A DNA stretch of 64,000 nt from Candidatus Cloacimonadota bacterium. Lineage in GTDB: Bacteria > Cloacimonadota > Cloacimonadia > Cloacimonadales > JAJBBL01. Both the position numbers and the translations under genes were made by a program. Numbering within the stretch: the first letter of the stretch is position 1; every line of letters starts with the position of its first letter. This document shows positions 28,566-39,402 of this stretch, piece by piece. The stretch lies in assembly GCA_019429305.1 (NCBI GenBank), contig JAHYIR010000003.1:100293-164292 (forward strand). The letters run 5' to 3'. The notes beneath the pieces are model-generated. The model made no database searches. It was not told the origin of the DNA and worked only from the letters and a program-made list of their open reading frames with translations.

Positions 28566-31459
28566 TTATGTTCAATATGATTGATTTTAGAAATAACAAC
28601 CTGCGAGTCATTAAACGATCATTAGTTTTGCTTGCTATATTCATTCTCTTTGCTATTCATTTATCTCTTTCGGCACAAATAGTTGCCAGAGTAGGTGATT
28701 TTGAAATCACAGTGCAGCAATTATCTCAAGAGATAGAGTATATAAGTAGGGATGATAGGTATGAACAATTAAGCTATTTAGAAAGAAGAGATATAGCACT
28801 GGAAAATCTTATTTATGAAAATCTTATATATCATTATGCTCTCGAGAGTAGAATTGAGGTAACTGACCAAGAATTAGAAGGTTATTTTATCGCTCAGTTT
28901 GGTGATTTACCTAGGTTTTCTACGGATGGATTCTTTGACATGCAGAAGTATCAGACATTGAAAAACACGCCTGAAGTACGTAAGATAATGAATGAATTAC
29001 GCCGGGAGTTAATTATAGCAAAAACAGAAACTATCCTGAAGAGTAATTTTCATTACAATGATCAAATTCTGCTGGAACGCTATATAAATGAAAATACTAA
29101 CATCGATATATCCTTTGTAGTAATCAAGGAAGAAGATGCTAATATACCTTTCTTTATCAATCCCCTTGATGCTTATGCATATTACCACAAGAATCGCAGG
29201 CAATATCCTGATCCGGAGTATTACCAGGTAGAGTTTTTTATCATTCCTCATGACAAATATAGTTCTCAGGTAACTGTAATGGAAAATGAAATAGATGAGT
29301 ATTTCATGGAGATCGAGTCTTTACAGGACAACCTAAGGGATGAGATCAGAGAGCAGATAAGGTTTGAGAAGAGTAAAAGATTAGCGTATGATGAAGCGCT
29401 TCGGACGAGACATAATTTGATTAACAATCTTTTTGCCGATGTGGAGATGTTAGAGACCAAGATGTACGGTAGTGAGTTTTCGAATTTAAACATCGAGTCG
29501 GTATTTACAAGGTATGAGCTTGTCCAAGCAATTGAGTCGATTAACCTGAATGAGTATTCCCCAATCATAGAAACTGATCACGGTTTTCTGGTTTTTCGTG
29601 TTACAGGAAAAGAGACTATCTCTGACCAATTCAATTATTCAATTGCACGCAATGTCTGGCAAGACTTTGTTAAAAAGTCAGTCAGTCATGAGTATCAAGA
29701 ACAATACAGGCAATTTTACCACACTAATCTGAGTGATTTTATTGTACCGGCAGCACACATAACCCGTCTTAGTATAAATAAAAATGATTTACGTAATAAT
29801 CTGAGAACATCAGACCGTTTGTTGAGATCTTTTTATGAGAATAATCTGGAACTCTTTACTTTAGAAGAGAGGAATTTAAGTTTTCGAGAATTAAGGGATA
29901 CAATAATCGAAAAATTACTCCAAAAGGAATTAGAAACGTTAAAGGACTGGTGCGAAGTTAATATCTATCTTGTCGGTTATGACATGCTGCCATCTGAGAA
30001 AAAAATACTCTCCAGTGGTGTTATCATAACTAATGAGGTAGTCTTTTTGGAACTTATACCCAACCAAGAAGAGATAAGTGAACAAGTGAAGAGTTATCTG
30101 ATTCGGGATATCAATACGGAAGTGGGTAGTTATGAAACTAATCAAGAGATGGTTTACTATCGAATAAACTCTTATTTTCCTGCTTATATACCCAGTTTTG
30201 AGGATGTTGAAGATTATCTAATAAAACAGCTCGGTATTGTATCGCAAGACGAACAGATCGATTATCAAGAGTATTATGTACAGCATCTTAATCTATTTGC
30301 AGCTCCTGATAGCTTGCAACTTACAGGTTTATACGTACCCATCGTAACCGATACTTTAAAAATAGCGGAGGACGAAGCCAGGCAGTATTATTTAGCTAAG
30401 ATGGAGAGTTTTTATTCTGATCCCCAAACAATAGTTGAATATATTTATGTTCTTGATCCCGGAGCTCAGCATAAAGACTTTGTTAAACAAATAATCGGTT
30501 GGTTAGATAGACAGATTCCTATCTCATTGATCCAGTTTTGTTTTGGGGCGAATTTACTATTTCCGCAAAATGAGCCATTCCCAACAGGTGAGCTGCCCTC
30601 TTCTATATATCAAATGCTACAGGGATTAGCTATCGGACAAAGGGAAGGTCCTATCTACTATGATCAGGGATGGCTGATAATAGAGAAGAAGGGAGAGATA
30701 CCTGCTCGACGAAAATCTTACGATACTGTAAGAGAAGATTTGTACGATGAACTGCTGTATAATATTGCCGATCATATAGCTTATGAAAAAGCACGCCAGC
30801 TTTTTTTAGATACTAACAGTATTGATGATTTGACTATTGTTACCGACACTCTACTCATTTTCACGACAGAGAAAAGAGCAGTTACAGATAGTTTTCCACC
30901 TTTAGCTGATATTATCGACTATCAGCAAAGACTGATCAACCTGAGACGTAATGAAAAACTCAACACACTGTATAGAGATGATAATGGCTATGGGGTGATC
31001 TTTCTTAAAGATAAAGATGTCAACCAATACTACTCTTATGAAGAATCACTACCAATGATCTCAAGATTGATCTCAGATGAGCAAAGAGCGACTAATGCCC
31101 AAAACTATATTACACAATTACGAGAATTGGTGATCCATGACACAGAACCCGATTCATTGCTTATCTTTTTCGGTGGTTGGCATATGGCAACTAATCTATC
31201 AATTAATAGCACGATCCCTCGTATTAAATACAGCTATTTGATCATAGATGACGCTATCAAGAGAAATGTAGGTGAAGTAAGCCACGTAATAAAAATAAGT
31301 GATAATGAATATATTTTCTATCGGGTAGATAAAAAACAACGAGTAGATAGGGATTCTTTCCACCATGTTCGAGACCACTATCGTGAATATATTGCTGAAC
31401 TCGAGTTCAGAAAATGGCTCGATCAATACAGAACAAGAAAAGTAGTGGAAAAATATTAG
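28556..31459 (+). CDS. Large SurA/PpiD-like periplasmic chaperone with degenerate parvulin-like modules
   Basis: N-terminal TM/signal segment. Parvulin-like endings ([29 protein letters not shown]). Start overlaps the guaA stop by 10 nt (alternative ATG at 28568). Confidence 0.5.
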   Translation: MGIIMFNMIDFRNNNLRVIKRSLVLLAIFILFAIHLSLSAQIVARVGDFEITVQQLSQEIEYISRDDRYEQLSYLERRDIALENLIYENLIYHYALESRIEVTDQELEGYFIAQFGDLPRFSTDGFFDMQKYQTLKNTPEVRKIMNELRRELIIAKTETILKSNFHYNDQILLERYINENTNIDISFVVIKEEDANIPFFINPLDAYAYYHKNRRQYPDPEYYQVEFFIIPHDKYSSQVTVMENEIDEYFMEIESLQDNLRDEIREQIRFEKSKRLAYDEALRTRHNLINNLFADVEMLETKMYGSEFSNLNIESVFTRYELVQAIESINLNEYSPIIETDHGFLVFRVTGKETISDQFNYSIARNVWQDFVKKSVSHEYQEQYRQFYHTNLSDFIVPAAHITRLSINKNDLRNNLRTSDRLLRSFYENNLELFTLEERNLSFRELRDTIIEKLLQKELETLKDWCEVNIYLVGYDMLPSEKKILSSGVIITNEVVFLELIPNQEEISEQVKSYLIRDINTEVGSYETNQEMVYYRINSYFPAYIPSFEDVEDYLIKQLGIVSQDEQIDYQEYYVQHLNLFAAPDSLQLTGLYVPIVTDTLKIAEDEARQYYLAKMESFYSDPQTIVEYIYVLDPGAQHKDFVKQIIGWLDRQIPISLIQFCFGANLLFPQNEPFPTGELPSSIYQMLQGLAIGQREGPIYYDQGWLIIEKKGEIPARRKSYDTVREDLYDELLYNIADHIAYEKARQLFLDTNSIDDLTIVTDTLLIFTTEKRAVTDSFPPLADIIDYQQRLINLRRNEKLNTLYRDDNGYGVIFLKDKDVNQYYSYEESLPMISRLISDEQRATNAQNYITQLRELVIHDTEPDSLLIFFGGWHMATNLSINSTIPRIKYSYLIIDDAIKRNVGEVSHVIKISDNEYIFYRVDKKQRVDRDSFHHVRDHYREYIAELEFRKWLDQYRTRKVVEKY

Positions 31460-31516
31460 CGTTTTACCTTGACATATTTACCATAATTTCGAGTTTGTTT
31501 CCAATAAAAGCTGGTT

Positions 31517-31592
31517 GGCGGGATAGCTCAGTAGGTAGAGCAGAGGCCTGAAAAGCCTTGTGTCCCCAGTTCGAGTCTGGGTCCTGCCACCA
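31517..31592 (+). tRNA. tRNA-Phe (anticodon GAA), CCA encoded
   Basis: Folded by hand: 7-bp acceptor stem (one G-U pair), D-arm GCTC/GAGC, anticodon loop CTGAAAA, T-loop TTCGAGT, 3' ACCA. Confidence 0.95.
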
Positions 31593-31823
31593 TATTGATA
31601 TTAAATGATATTGATAGAAGATAGTTTACCGCAAAAAGAGCTGCTACCAAGTAATAGTACAATTGTTTTTAAATTTGAATATCCAGAATCCTCTTTTAAA
31701 TCATCTAAAGCAGAAAAAATTAGGATCAATACAGTAAATTCTTGTTTACAGAAAATGCTTGAATTAAAAGAAGGTATTAATATGTTCGTTCAGTTATAGT
31801 AATTTTTAGAGGAGATAAATAAC

Positions 31824-32123
31824 ATGGCAAAAAAGATCGAAAAGAGCCGAGACGGTGTAATCATTTTAGAAGATGATTCACCGGAAAAGATGGAAGTTGA
31901 AAATGTCGAGGTAGATGCTTCCGAAGACTTTAAAAAGACACCGGTTTACATATATTACAACTGGTGTAAAAAATGTGGTATATGCGTATCATTTTGTCCA
32001 ACAGGGACTCTGGGTCGTAAAGCAGATGGTACTCCTTATGTAAAGAATCCCGAAAAGTGTATCCACTGTGAAACTTGTGACCGTTTATGTCCCGACTTTG
32101 CTATTACGGGTGCAAAGAGATAA
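31824..32123 (+). CDS. 2-oxoacid:ferredoxin oxidoreductase delta (2x[4Fe-4S] ferredoxin-like) subunit
   Basis: CKKCGICVSFCP and CIHCETCDRLCP cluster motifs. First gene of a D-A-B-C ordered set. Confidence 0.85.
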   Translation: MAKKIEKSRDGVIILEDDSPEKMEVENVEVDASEDFKKTPVYIYYNWCKKCGICVSFCPTGTLGRKADGTPYVKNPEKCIHCETCDRLCPDFAITGAKR

Positions 32124-32132
32124 GGGGTAAGT

Positions 32133-33335
32133 ATGTCTACAGAAGAAAAAAAGGAAAAGAAAGAAAAAAAAGTAATTACTCAAACAGAAGCAGAACCTCC
32201 TAAAAAGTGGGTTTTGATGCAGGGGAATGAGGCAGTAGCTAAAGCTGCTCTTGAAGTAGGTCTGAATTTTTTTGCCGGATATCCCATAACTCCTTCAACC
32301 GAAATTGCTGAGATCTTGGCTCAAGAAATGCCAATGAAAAATGGGGCATATATACAAATGGAGGATGAAATCGCCAGTATATGTGCTGTTATTGGAGCTT
32401 CGTTAGCAGGCGCTAAAGCCATGACTGCAACTAGTGGACCCGGGTTCTCTCTGATGCAGGAGGGGATCGGTTTTGCCAAAATGACCGAGACTCCCTGCGT
32501 AGTCGTTAATGTTCAGCGAGCTGGTCCCAGTACTGGATTACCTACCAAACCTTCACAAGGTGATATGATGCAATCCCGTTGGGGATCTCATGGAGATGCT
32601 CCCGCCATTGTTCTCTATCCTGATTCTGTCAGAGAAACTTATGAATTAACAATTCGAGCATTTAATCTCTCTGAAAAATACCGTACCTGTGTAGTCTTAC
32701 TGTTGGATGAGGTTCTCGGTCACATGCGGGAAGCGGTTTGTCTCCCCGATATGTCTAAGTTCAGAATAGTTAACCGCTTGAAACCGACAGTACCACCTGA
32801 ATGGTATAAGCACTATGATGAAGACCAGAAGTATCTCTCACCTCTTGCCAGCTATGGTGAGGGCTATCGATTCCATGTAACAGGATTGGCACATGATGTT
32901 TATGGTTTTCCGACTAATAAACCTGTGGAAATAGCAACCATGATGAAACGTCTGAAGAAAAAGATTACCCAAAATATCAGAGATATTGTTCAAATAGAGA
33001 AATTTATGATGGAAGATGCCAAAGTTGCAGTCTTTGCAGTCGGAATATTAGCCAGATCAGCCAAATCAGCAGTTTTAGCTCTCCGCAAAGAGGGATTCCA
33101 AGTCGGATTATTGAGACCGTTAACTATTTGGCCATTTCCTGATGATGCTGTTCGCAAGATGCTTAAGAATGTAGATACCGTTATAGTACCGGAGCTCAAT
33201 CAAGGACAATTAGTCCATGAAGTTGAGCGTTTAACGAAAGATAAAGAGGATAGTGATATTAAGAAGATCCAAAAAGCCAATGGAGAATTAATAACACCCA
33301 ATGAGATCTATAAAAAGATTAAGGAGGTGTTATAA
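32133..33335 (+). CDS. 2-oxoacid:ferredoxin oxidoreductase alpha subunit
   Basis: GNEAVAKAALEVG...GYPITPSTEI N-terminus typical of OFOR alpha subunits. Confidence 0.9.
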   Translation: MSTEEKKEKKEKKVITQTEAEPPKKWVLMQGNEAVAKAALEVGLNFFAGYPITPSTEIAEILAQEMPMKNGAYIQMEDEIASICAVIGASLAGAKAMTATSGPGFSLMQEGIGFAKMTETPCVVVNVQRAGPSTGLPTKPSQGDMMQSRWGSHGDAPAIVLYPDSVRETYELTIRAFNLSEKYRTCVVLLLDEVLGHMREAVCLPDMSKFRIVNRLKPTVPPEWYKHYDEDQKYLSPLASYGEGYRFHVTGLAHDVYGFPTNKPVEIATMMKRLKKKITQNIRDIVQIEKFMMEDAKVAVFAVGILARSAKSAVLALRKEGFQVGLLRPLTIWPFPDDAVRKMLKNVDTVIVPELNQGQLVHEVERLTKDKEDSDIKKIQKANGELITPNEIYKKIKEVL

Positions 33336-34183
33336 TGAGTGGTGTTTCACAAAAAGTCGTCCATCAATATCTAAGACATAATAAAAAATTTCCTAATGTC
33401 TGGTGTGCAGGTTGTAGTATAGGAATAGTGCTTGGTTCTGTGATCAGGGCTATTGCAGAACTTCAGATACCGAAAGATGATATCATGATGGTTTCAGGTA
33501 TTGGCTGTTCCAGCCGTATGCCTGTATATGTAGATTTTAACTCTTTGCATACTCTTCACGGTCGTCCTATACCCTTTGCAACAGGGATCAAACTCTTTAA
33601 ACCACACATGAAAGTAATAGTCATAACTGGTGATGGAGATGCTACTGCTATCGGAGGCAACCATTTCATTCATGGTGCTCGACGAAACATAGATATGACA
33701 GTAATTGTTATTAATAATAACATCTATGGTATGACAGGTGGTCAGTATTCTCCAACAACACCTTCCGGTGATATAGCAACAACTTGTCCTCACGGTAATA
33801 TTGATCCTCCCTTTGATATCTGTCAACTTGCCATAGGAGCTGGTGCATCATTTGTTGCCCGTACAACAGCATTTCATTCGTTAGAGACGCAAAATTTAGT
33901 TAAAGATGCTATAAATCATAGTGGTTATTCTGTTTTGGAGGTACTTTCTGCTTGTCCTGTGATCTATGGAAGATTAAATAAGAAGGGGAATGCTTCCAGA
34001 ATGATGGAACATATGCGTGATAATTCAATAAGTATCAAAGCTGTAGATAAATTGCCGGCTGAAAAAGTAGAGAATAAAGTTATCAGAGGGATTCTGAAAC
34101 AGGATACAAATATGCCCGAATTCACGGCTCGTTATACCCAATTAGTAGAGAGTTTAAGAGAAAAAGCGGATAAGGAGGCATAA
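33335..34183 (+). CDS. 2-oxoacid:ferredoxin oxidoreductase beta (TPP-binding) subunit
   Basis: WCAGCSIG and GDGDATAIGGNH TPP-binding motifs. ATGA overlap with the alpha subunit. Confidence 0.9.
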   Translation: MSGVSQKVVHQYLRHNKKFPNVWCAGCSIGIVLGSVIRAIAELQIPKDDIMMVSGIGCSSRMPVYVDFNSLHTLHGRPIPFATGIKLFKPHMKVIVITGDGDATAIGGNHFIHGARRNIDMTVIVINNNIYGMTGGQYSPTTPSGDIATTCPHGNIDPPFDICQLAIGAGASFVARTTAFHSLETQNLVKDAINHSGYSVLEVLSACPVIYGRLNKKGNASRMMEHMRDNSISIKAVDKLPAEKVENKVIRGILKQDTNMPEFTARYTQLVESLREKADKEA

Positions 34184-34184
34184 A

Positions 34185-34739
34185 ATGAAAATATCAGAAC
34201 GGAAAACGGTTGAAATACGTTTGAGTGGAAGTGGTGGTCAAGGATTAGTATTAGCAGGAATTGTCTTAGCAAATGCCGCTGTAAATGATAAGAGAAGGGT
34301 CACACAAACTCAGAGTTATGGGCCGGAGTCACGCGGAGGTGCCAGCCGTGCTGATGTTATCATCAGCCGCGAAGAGATCTTCTTCCCGGAAGCGACTAGG
34401 TTCGATATTTTGATGGCTTTAACTCAGGAAGCTTGCGATAAATTCCTGTTTGACCTAAAAGATGATGGTTTCCTGATAGTTGATAATTCAATTGTTAAAA
34501 ATATTGCCCTCTTGAGTTCAACTGTTTATGAGCTACCTTTTACTGAAATAGCATTAGACAAACTCGGTTCTCCACTCCCAACCAATATTTTATCATTAGC
34601 TTTTCTGGTAAAGATTTCTGGAATAGTCTCAGAGCAGGCCTTGAAAAAAGCTATCGAAACAACAGTAAAGAGATCATTTGTTGATGTTAACCTAAAGGCA
34701 ATGAAATTGGGTTTTGATCTGGCGAAGAAGTATAAATAA
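34185..34739 (+). CDS. 2-oxoacid:ferredoxin oxidoreductase gamma subunit
   Basis: GSGGQGLVLAGIVLA and SYGPESRGG motifs. Confidence 0.9.
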   Translation: MKISERKTVEIRLSGSGGQGLVLAGIVLANAAVNDKRRVTQTQSYGPESRGGASRADVIISREEIFFPEATRFDILMALTQEACDKFLFDLKDDGFLIVDNSIVKNIALLSSTVYELPFTEIALDKLGSPLPTNILSLAFLVKISGIVSEQALKKAIETTVKRSFVDVNLKAMKLGFDLAKKYK

Positions 34740-34768
34740 AGATAATTAGATTTAGTATAGAGGGAAGA

Positions 34769-35167
34769 ATGATTAAGAAGATAAATCATATTGGTATAGC
34801 AGTCAAAGACCTTGATAAAGCTATTGATTTCTATCGTAAACTGGGCTTAGAGGTTTCCAGTACGGAAGTTGTAGAATCACAGAAAGTAAAGATTGCCTTT
34901 ATACCGGTTGGTGATACGAGATTAGAGCTGCTTGCTGCAACATCTGAAGATAGCCCGATCGCTAAATTCATCGAGAAAAAAGGTGAAGGGATCCAGCATA
35001 TAGCACTTGATGTGGATGATGTTAAAGCCCATATACAAAATGCTATCGATAATGAAATAGAACCGATAGATAAAGAACCACGACCAGGAGCTCATAATTC
35101 TCTGATAGCTTTTCTACATCCTAAATACACCGGTGGAGTATTACTCGAATTTTGCCAAGAATCATGA
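34769..35167 (+). CDS. mce: Methylmalonyl-CoA epimerase (VOC family)
   Basis: INHIGIAVKDLD..., GEGIQHIALDVDD and GVLLEF motifs, 132 aa. Confidence 0.85.
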   Translation: MIKKINHIGIAVKDLDKAIDFYRKLGLEVSSTEVVESQKVKIAFIPVGDTRLELLAATSEDSPIAKFIEKKGEGIQHIALDVDDVKAHIQNAIDNEIEPIDKEPRPGAHNSLIAFLHPKYTGGVLLEFCQES

Positions 35168-35259
35168 AATCGGTTAATTGCAATATATGTATAACATAGT
35201 AGAAATATAATAAACTGCATTAATAAACTAAGAAATATTTTTAGATGACGGGGTGACTA

Positions 35260-36810
35260 ATGTCCATTGAAGAAAAAGTACAGATATTGTTACAAAAAAG
35301 AGAAGAAGCACGTCTTGGTGGTGGAGAAAAACGTATTCAAGCACAGCATGAAAAGAGTAAGATGACTGCCCATGAGAGGTTACAGATTCTACTCGATCCT
35401 GACAGTTTTGAAGAATATGACATGTTTGTAACTCATCAATGCCACGATTTTGATATGCAGCAATCCATCTATCCTTCAGATGGCGTAATTACCGGTTGTG
35501 GCGCTATCAATGGAAGACAGGTCTTTGTTTTTGCTCAGGACTTTACTGTCTTTGGCGGTTCTCTATCTAAAACCCATGCAGAAAAAATCTGTAAAATTAT
35601 GGATATGGCGATGAAAGTAGGAGCTCCAGTTATTGGTTTGAATGATTCGGGTGGTGCTCGGGTACAGGAGGGAGTGGATGCTTTAGCCGGGTATGCTGAG
35701 ATCTTCTGGCGCAATGTAATGGCTTCCGGTGTGATTCCGCAGATTTCAGCCATTATGGGTCCTTGTGCCGGTGGAGCTGTATATTCTCCTGCAATAATGG
35801 ATTTCATTATCATGAATAAAGAAAATAGTTATATGTTTGTTACCGGTCCAAAAGTAGTTAAAACCGTACTCAACGAAGATATCAGTACAGAAGAACTTGG
35901 TGGTGCTTACGTTCATTCTACTCAGAGTGGTGTTGCTCATTTTATGACTGAGACAGAAGAAGAAACACTCCTTATGATAAGGAAATTGATCAGTTTCTTG
36001 CCTTCGAACAATTTACAAGATCCGCCGAGTATTGCTAATACCGATCCTATTGATCGTGTAGTTGAAGAGTTGAACCTGATAGTACCCGATAACCCTAATA
36101 AATCTTATGATATGCTCGATGTCATAAATGCGGTAGTAGATAATGAAGATTTTTTAGAAGTAGCCAAGTATTATGCTCAAAATGTTATCGTTGGTTTTGC
36201 CAGAATGAATGGCTATTCAGTAGGGATAGTTGCCAATCAGCCGAAGGTGTTAGCCGGATGTCTCGATATTAATGCCTCAACCAAAGCTGCCAGATTTGTT
36301 CGTTTTTGTGATGCTTTTAATATACCTTTAGTAGTATTGGAAGATGTTCCTGGATTTTTACCCGGCTTCAACCAGGAAGCAAATGGGATAATTCGTAATG
36401 GAGCTAAATTGATGTTTGCCTTTGCCGAAGCAACAGTGCCCAAAATAACAGTAATAATAAGAAAAGCTTATGGTGGTGCTTATTGTGTGATGAACAGCAG
36501 GCATATGAGGGCAGATGCAGTGTATGCGTGGCCAACTGCTGAAATCGCAGTAATGGGTCCCAAAGGTGCAGTAGAAATTGTTTTTAGAAAAGATATGAAG
36601 AACGTCGAAGATGTTAATAAAGTGATTGCTGAAAAAGAACAAGAGTATATTGATAAGTTTGCTAATCCATATAAAGCTGCTCAAAAAGGGTATATAGATG
36701 ATGTAATAGTTCCTGCTATGACAAGATTTCGTATCATCAAAGCATTGGAAACTTTTGCTGCTAAAAAAGATTCAATACCGCCAAGAAAACATGGCAACAT
36801 ACCATTATAA
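35260..36810 (+). CDS. mmdA: Methylmalonyl-CoA decarboxylase alpha subunit (carboxyltransferase)
   Basis: Acyl-CoA carboxyltransferase two-domain pattern. Context with a biotin carrier and an OadB-type beta subunit. Confidence 0.85.
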   Translation: MSIEEKVQILLQKREEARLGGGEKRIQAQHEKSKMTAHERLQILLDPDSFEEYDMFVTHQCHDFDMQQSIYPSDGVITGCGAINGRQVFVFAQDFTVFGGSLSKTHAEKICKIMDMAMKVGAPVIGLNDSGGARVQEGVDALAGYAEIFWRNVMASGVIPQISAIMGPCAGGAVYSPAIMDFIIMNKENSYMFVTGPKVVKTVLNEDISTEELGGAYVHSTQSGVAHFMTETEEETLLMIRKLISFLPSNNLQDPPSIANTDPIDRVVEELNLIVPDNPNKSYDMLDVINAVVDNEDFLEVAKYYAQNVIVGFARMNGYSVGIVANQPKVLAGCLDINASTKAARFVRFCDAFNIPLVVLEDVPGFLPGFNQEANGIIRNGAKLMFAFAEATVPKITVIIRKAYGGAYCVMNSRHMRADAVYAWPTAEIAVMGPKGAVEIVFRKDMKNVEDVNKVIAEKEQEYIDKFANPYKAAQKGYIDDVIVPAMTRFRIIKALETFAAKKDSIPPRKHGNIPL

Positions 36811-36825
36811 TTGATCTCAGGAAGA

Positions 36826-37485
36826 ATGGGAATGACACAAAAATTGATCAAACATAACTTTTTGCTGTTTATTGTTATAGTATTTAGTGTTTTATTGGTT
36901 GAACCTATTTACTGCGTTTACCAAAAGAAAGTTGATTATGAATATTCAGAAGAGACAACTCTGGAAGAGTTATCTAAACAGCTTAGCATTCCGTCAGATA
37001 AGTTAAAAAAGTATTTGGATTTGCCGCTGGGATTAGATAATACAACAACACTTGCTGAGTTACAAATTGATCAAGAAAAAGTGGAAAAAGCACACAAACA
37101 ATTTAGGAGTAAAATTTGGGGTTTTAGTTGGAATATTGTGCTTGTTGGGATGTTGGTCATATTTTGCAGTCTATCACTTACCGGTTTATTTATCGGTTTA
37201 TTGAGCAGAGTGGTCAAATATTCCGAAAAGCCGCCAATATACGGAAAGAAATCTGATAACGATAAGAAACAAGTTGCAAAAAAAGTAAAGATTGCGGACT
37301 TAAAATCTCGAGATGCCGGCTATAATGCAGTTATTGCTGCAATAACTGCGCTACATTTTCATCTCCAAGAAGCAGAAGAGTTAAGTAAAATGACTTTAAC
37401 TTGGAAGAGGGAACCTGTAAGTGTTTGGAAGACGTCAGGTAAATTTGATATGCCTAATCGTGTATTGAGAGAGAGAAGTAATTGA
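36826..37485 (+). CDS. Membrane protein, expanded OadG/MmdD-like decarboxylase small subunit
   Basis: Two TM helices. Second helix plus AVIAAITALH segment is OadG-like. Sits between the alpha and biotin-carrier genes. ATG at 36826 follows AGGAAG (the track starts at TTG 36811). Confidence 0.55.
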   Translation: MGMTQKLIKHNFLLFIVIVFSVLLVEPIYCVYQKKVDYEYSEETTLEELSKQLSIPSDKLKKYLDLPLGLDNTTTLAELQIDQEKVEKAHKQFRSKIWGFSWNIVLVGMLVIFCSLSLTGLFIGLLSRVVKYSEKPPIYGKKSDNDKKQVAKKVKIADLKSRDAGYNAVIAAITALHFHLQEAEELSKMTLTWKREPVSVWKTSGKFDMPNRVLRERSN

Positions 37486-37528
37486 TGAAGAGAACCAATA
37501 GAGCAAAATGAGTAGAAGGTAAGAGCAA

Positions 37529-38254
37529 ATGAAAAAATACAAATTAATCATTAACGGCGAAAAGTATGAGGCAAAAATTCTTTCCTATAAAGGAAATGAA
37601 GCCAAGGTTAGTGTCAATGGCATAGATTATGTTATTGAAGTCGAACAAGAGAATATAAATCTCACACAGCCAGTAATCAAGACCAGCAAATCATATCTAA
37701 ATCCTGAAAAGATCAGTACTTCCGGTAGTAAAGGGGTATCAGGACAACTAATAGCTCCTATCCCCGGTATAGTTATTGATGTCCATAAGAAAGCCGGAGA
37801 TACAGTTCAGGCGGGTGATGTACTAATAACATTGGAAGCGATGAAGATGGAGTCGGAGTTAGTAGCTCCGGTTTCCGGTAAGTTAAAAGAGATAAATGTA
37901 GTGAAAGGAGATACCGTTTTAGAGGGTGAACTTCTGGTTGTTATAACCCCCTCTGTTTCAAGAGAAACAGTTAAGCAGACTATCTCCAAGACAGGTAAAC
38001 CAAAAGATAGTCAAATATCCAAACCGCAGACCAAAATTGATGGAACGATTCGAGCTCCTATTCCCGGAACGGTCATTGATATTTTGGTAAAAGAGGGTGA
38101 TAAAGTAAAGACAGGTGATGTGGTAATAATCTTGGAAGCAATGAAGATGGAATCGGAGATACACACAGAAAAAGATGGTACTGTAAGTAATATTAAGGTT
38201 AATAAAGGTGCTTCAGTAAATGAAGGTGATCTCTTGATGATGATAGGAGACTGA
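37529..38254 (+). CDS. mmdC: Biotin carboxyl carrier subunit with two tandem biotinyl domains
   Basis: Two copies of the EAMKMESE biotinylation motif (LITLEAMKMESEL and IILEAMKMESEI). Confidence 0.85.
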   Translation: MKKYKLIINGEKYEAKILSYKGNEAKVSVNGIDYVIEVEQENINLTQPVIKTSKSYLNPEKISTSGSKGVSGQLIAPIPGIVIDVHKKAGDTVQAGDVLITLEAMKMESELVAPVSGKLKEINVVKGDTVLEGELLVVITPSVSRETVKQTISKTGKPKDSQISKPQTKIDGTIRAPIPGTVIDILVKEGDKVKTGDVVIILEAMKMESEIHTEKDGTVSNIKVNKGASVNEGDLLMMIGD

Positions 38255-38259
38255 AATAG

Positions 38260-39375
38260 ATGACAGAGTTGTGGCAATTTTTCCAGACAACCGGATTTGC
38301 TCAAATCGAATTGACCTATCTTTTCATGATAGTTGCCGGCTTAATTCTAATGTTTCTCGGAATAACTAAAAATTTTGAACCCTTGCTACTAATCCCGATT
38401 GGTTTTGGTATGGTTCTGGGGAATATGCCAGGTTCCTCGGGTATTGATGTACCCGGGTCAGTACTTAATATTCTTTATAGTGGTGTGCGTTACGGTATCT
38501 ATCCGCCTTTGATCTTCCTCGGCATTGGAGCTATGACAGACTTTTCAACTCTTATTGCCAATCCTAAGTTGATCATTCTTGGTGCTGCGGCTCAATTTGG
38601 AATATTTGCCACGTTTATTGGTTCCTTATTACTTGGCTTTACTGTTGCAGAAGCAGGTTCTATTGGTATTATTGGGGGAGCTGATGGTCCAACATCAATC
38701 TTTCTTTCATCTCAATTATCACCACACCTTGTGGGACCAATTGCGATTGCCGCTTACTCCTATATGGCCTTGGTCCCTGTTATACAACCTCCAATAATAA
38801 AGCTTCTGACCTCTAAAGAGGAACGTCTTATCAGAATGAAAGCACCAAGATTGGTCAGTAAGAGAGAAAAAATTCTGTTCCCATTTGTGGGTTTTATAGT
38901 AACTGTCTTAATAGCTCCCCAGGCATCTATACTTCTTGGAATGCTCTTTCTCGGCAATATTCTTAAAGAGAGTGGTGTAACTGACAGATTGGCTAATACA
39001 GCTAGAAATGCTCTTGTCGATTCGGTTACTATTGTGCTTGGATTAACTGTGGGAGCAGCTACGCAAGCAAATCTCTTCTTACGTATAGAATCAATACAAA
39101 TATTTATGCTCGGTGCTTTCGCTTTTGCCATGGCTACTGCTACCGGAGTTGTTTTCGCCAAGATAGTCAATTTATTTCTAAAAGAAAAGATCAATCCTAT
39201 GATCGGGGCATCGGGTGTTTCGGCAGTACCTAATAGTGCTAGAGTGGTCCATGCTGTCGGACAAAAAGAGGATAAAAATAACTTCTTGATCATGCATGCC
39301 ATGGCACCAAATGTAGCTGGAGTGATCGGTTCAGCAGTCGCAGCAGGCGTCTTATTGGCTATTTTGGGTAGTTAA
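38260..39375 (+). CDS. mmdB: Na+-translocating decarboxylase beta subunit (OadB/MmdB/GcdB family)
   Basis: Polytopic membrane protein with GGADGPT and AVPNSARV-type conserved segments. Confidence 0.88.
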   Translation: MTELWQFFQTTGFAQIELTYLFMIVAGLILMFLGITKNFEPLLLIPIGFGMVLGNMPGSSGIDVPGSVLNILYSGVRYGIYPPLIFLGIGAMTDFSTLIANPKLIILGAAAQFGIFATFIGSLLLGFTVAEAGSIGIIGGADGPTSIFLSSQLSPHLVGPIAIAAYSYMALVPVIQPPIIKLLTSKEERLIRMKAPRLVSKREKILFPFVGFIVTVLIAPQASILLGMLFLGNILKESGVTDRLANTARNALVDSVTIVLGLTVGAATQANLFLRIESIQIFMLGAFAFAMATATGVVFAKIVNLFLKEKINPMIGASGVSAVPNSARVVHAVGQKEDKNNFLIMHAMAPNVAGVIGSAVAAGVLLAILGS

Positions 39376-39402
39376 GCTACTTATTGGTTTGTTGTAAAAA
39401 CC

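Noticed and set aside
31592-31616. 9-bp direct repeat ATATTGATA immediately 3' of tRNA-Phe as an att-site remnant
   Set aside because: There is no integrase, no cargo genes and no compositional change downstream. The repeat is short and AT-rich.
31605-31799. 64-aa ORF between tRNA-Phe and the OFOR operon
   Set aside because: No RBS and an unremarkable sequence. The region more plausibly holds the OFOR promoter (for example TTGAAT-N16-TATGTT near 31758-31785).
38760-39302. 180-aa ORF antisense to the decarboxylase beta-subunit gene, and similar antisense ORFs at 50337-50753, 52773-53162, 41754-42173 and 59682-60014
   Set aside because: They are shadow ORFs opposite well-supported conserved genes. 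Their composition is low-complexity or biased, and they lack RBS signals.
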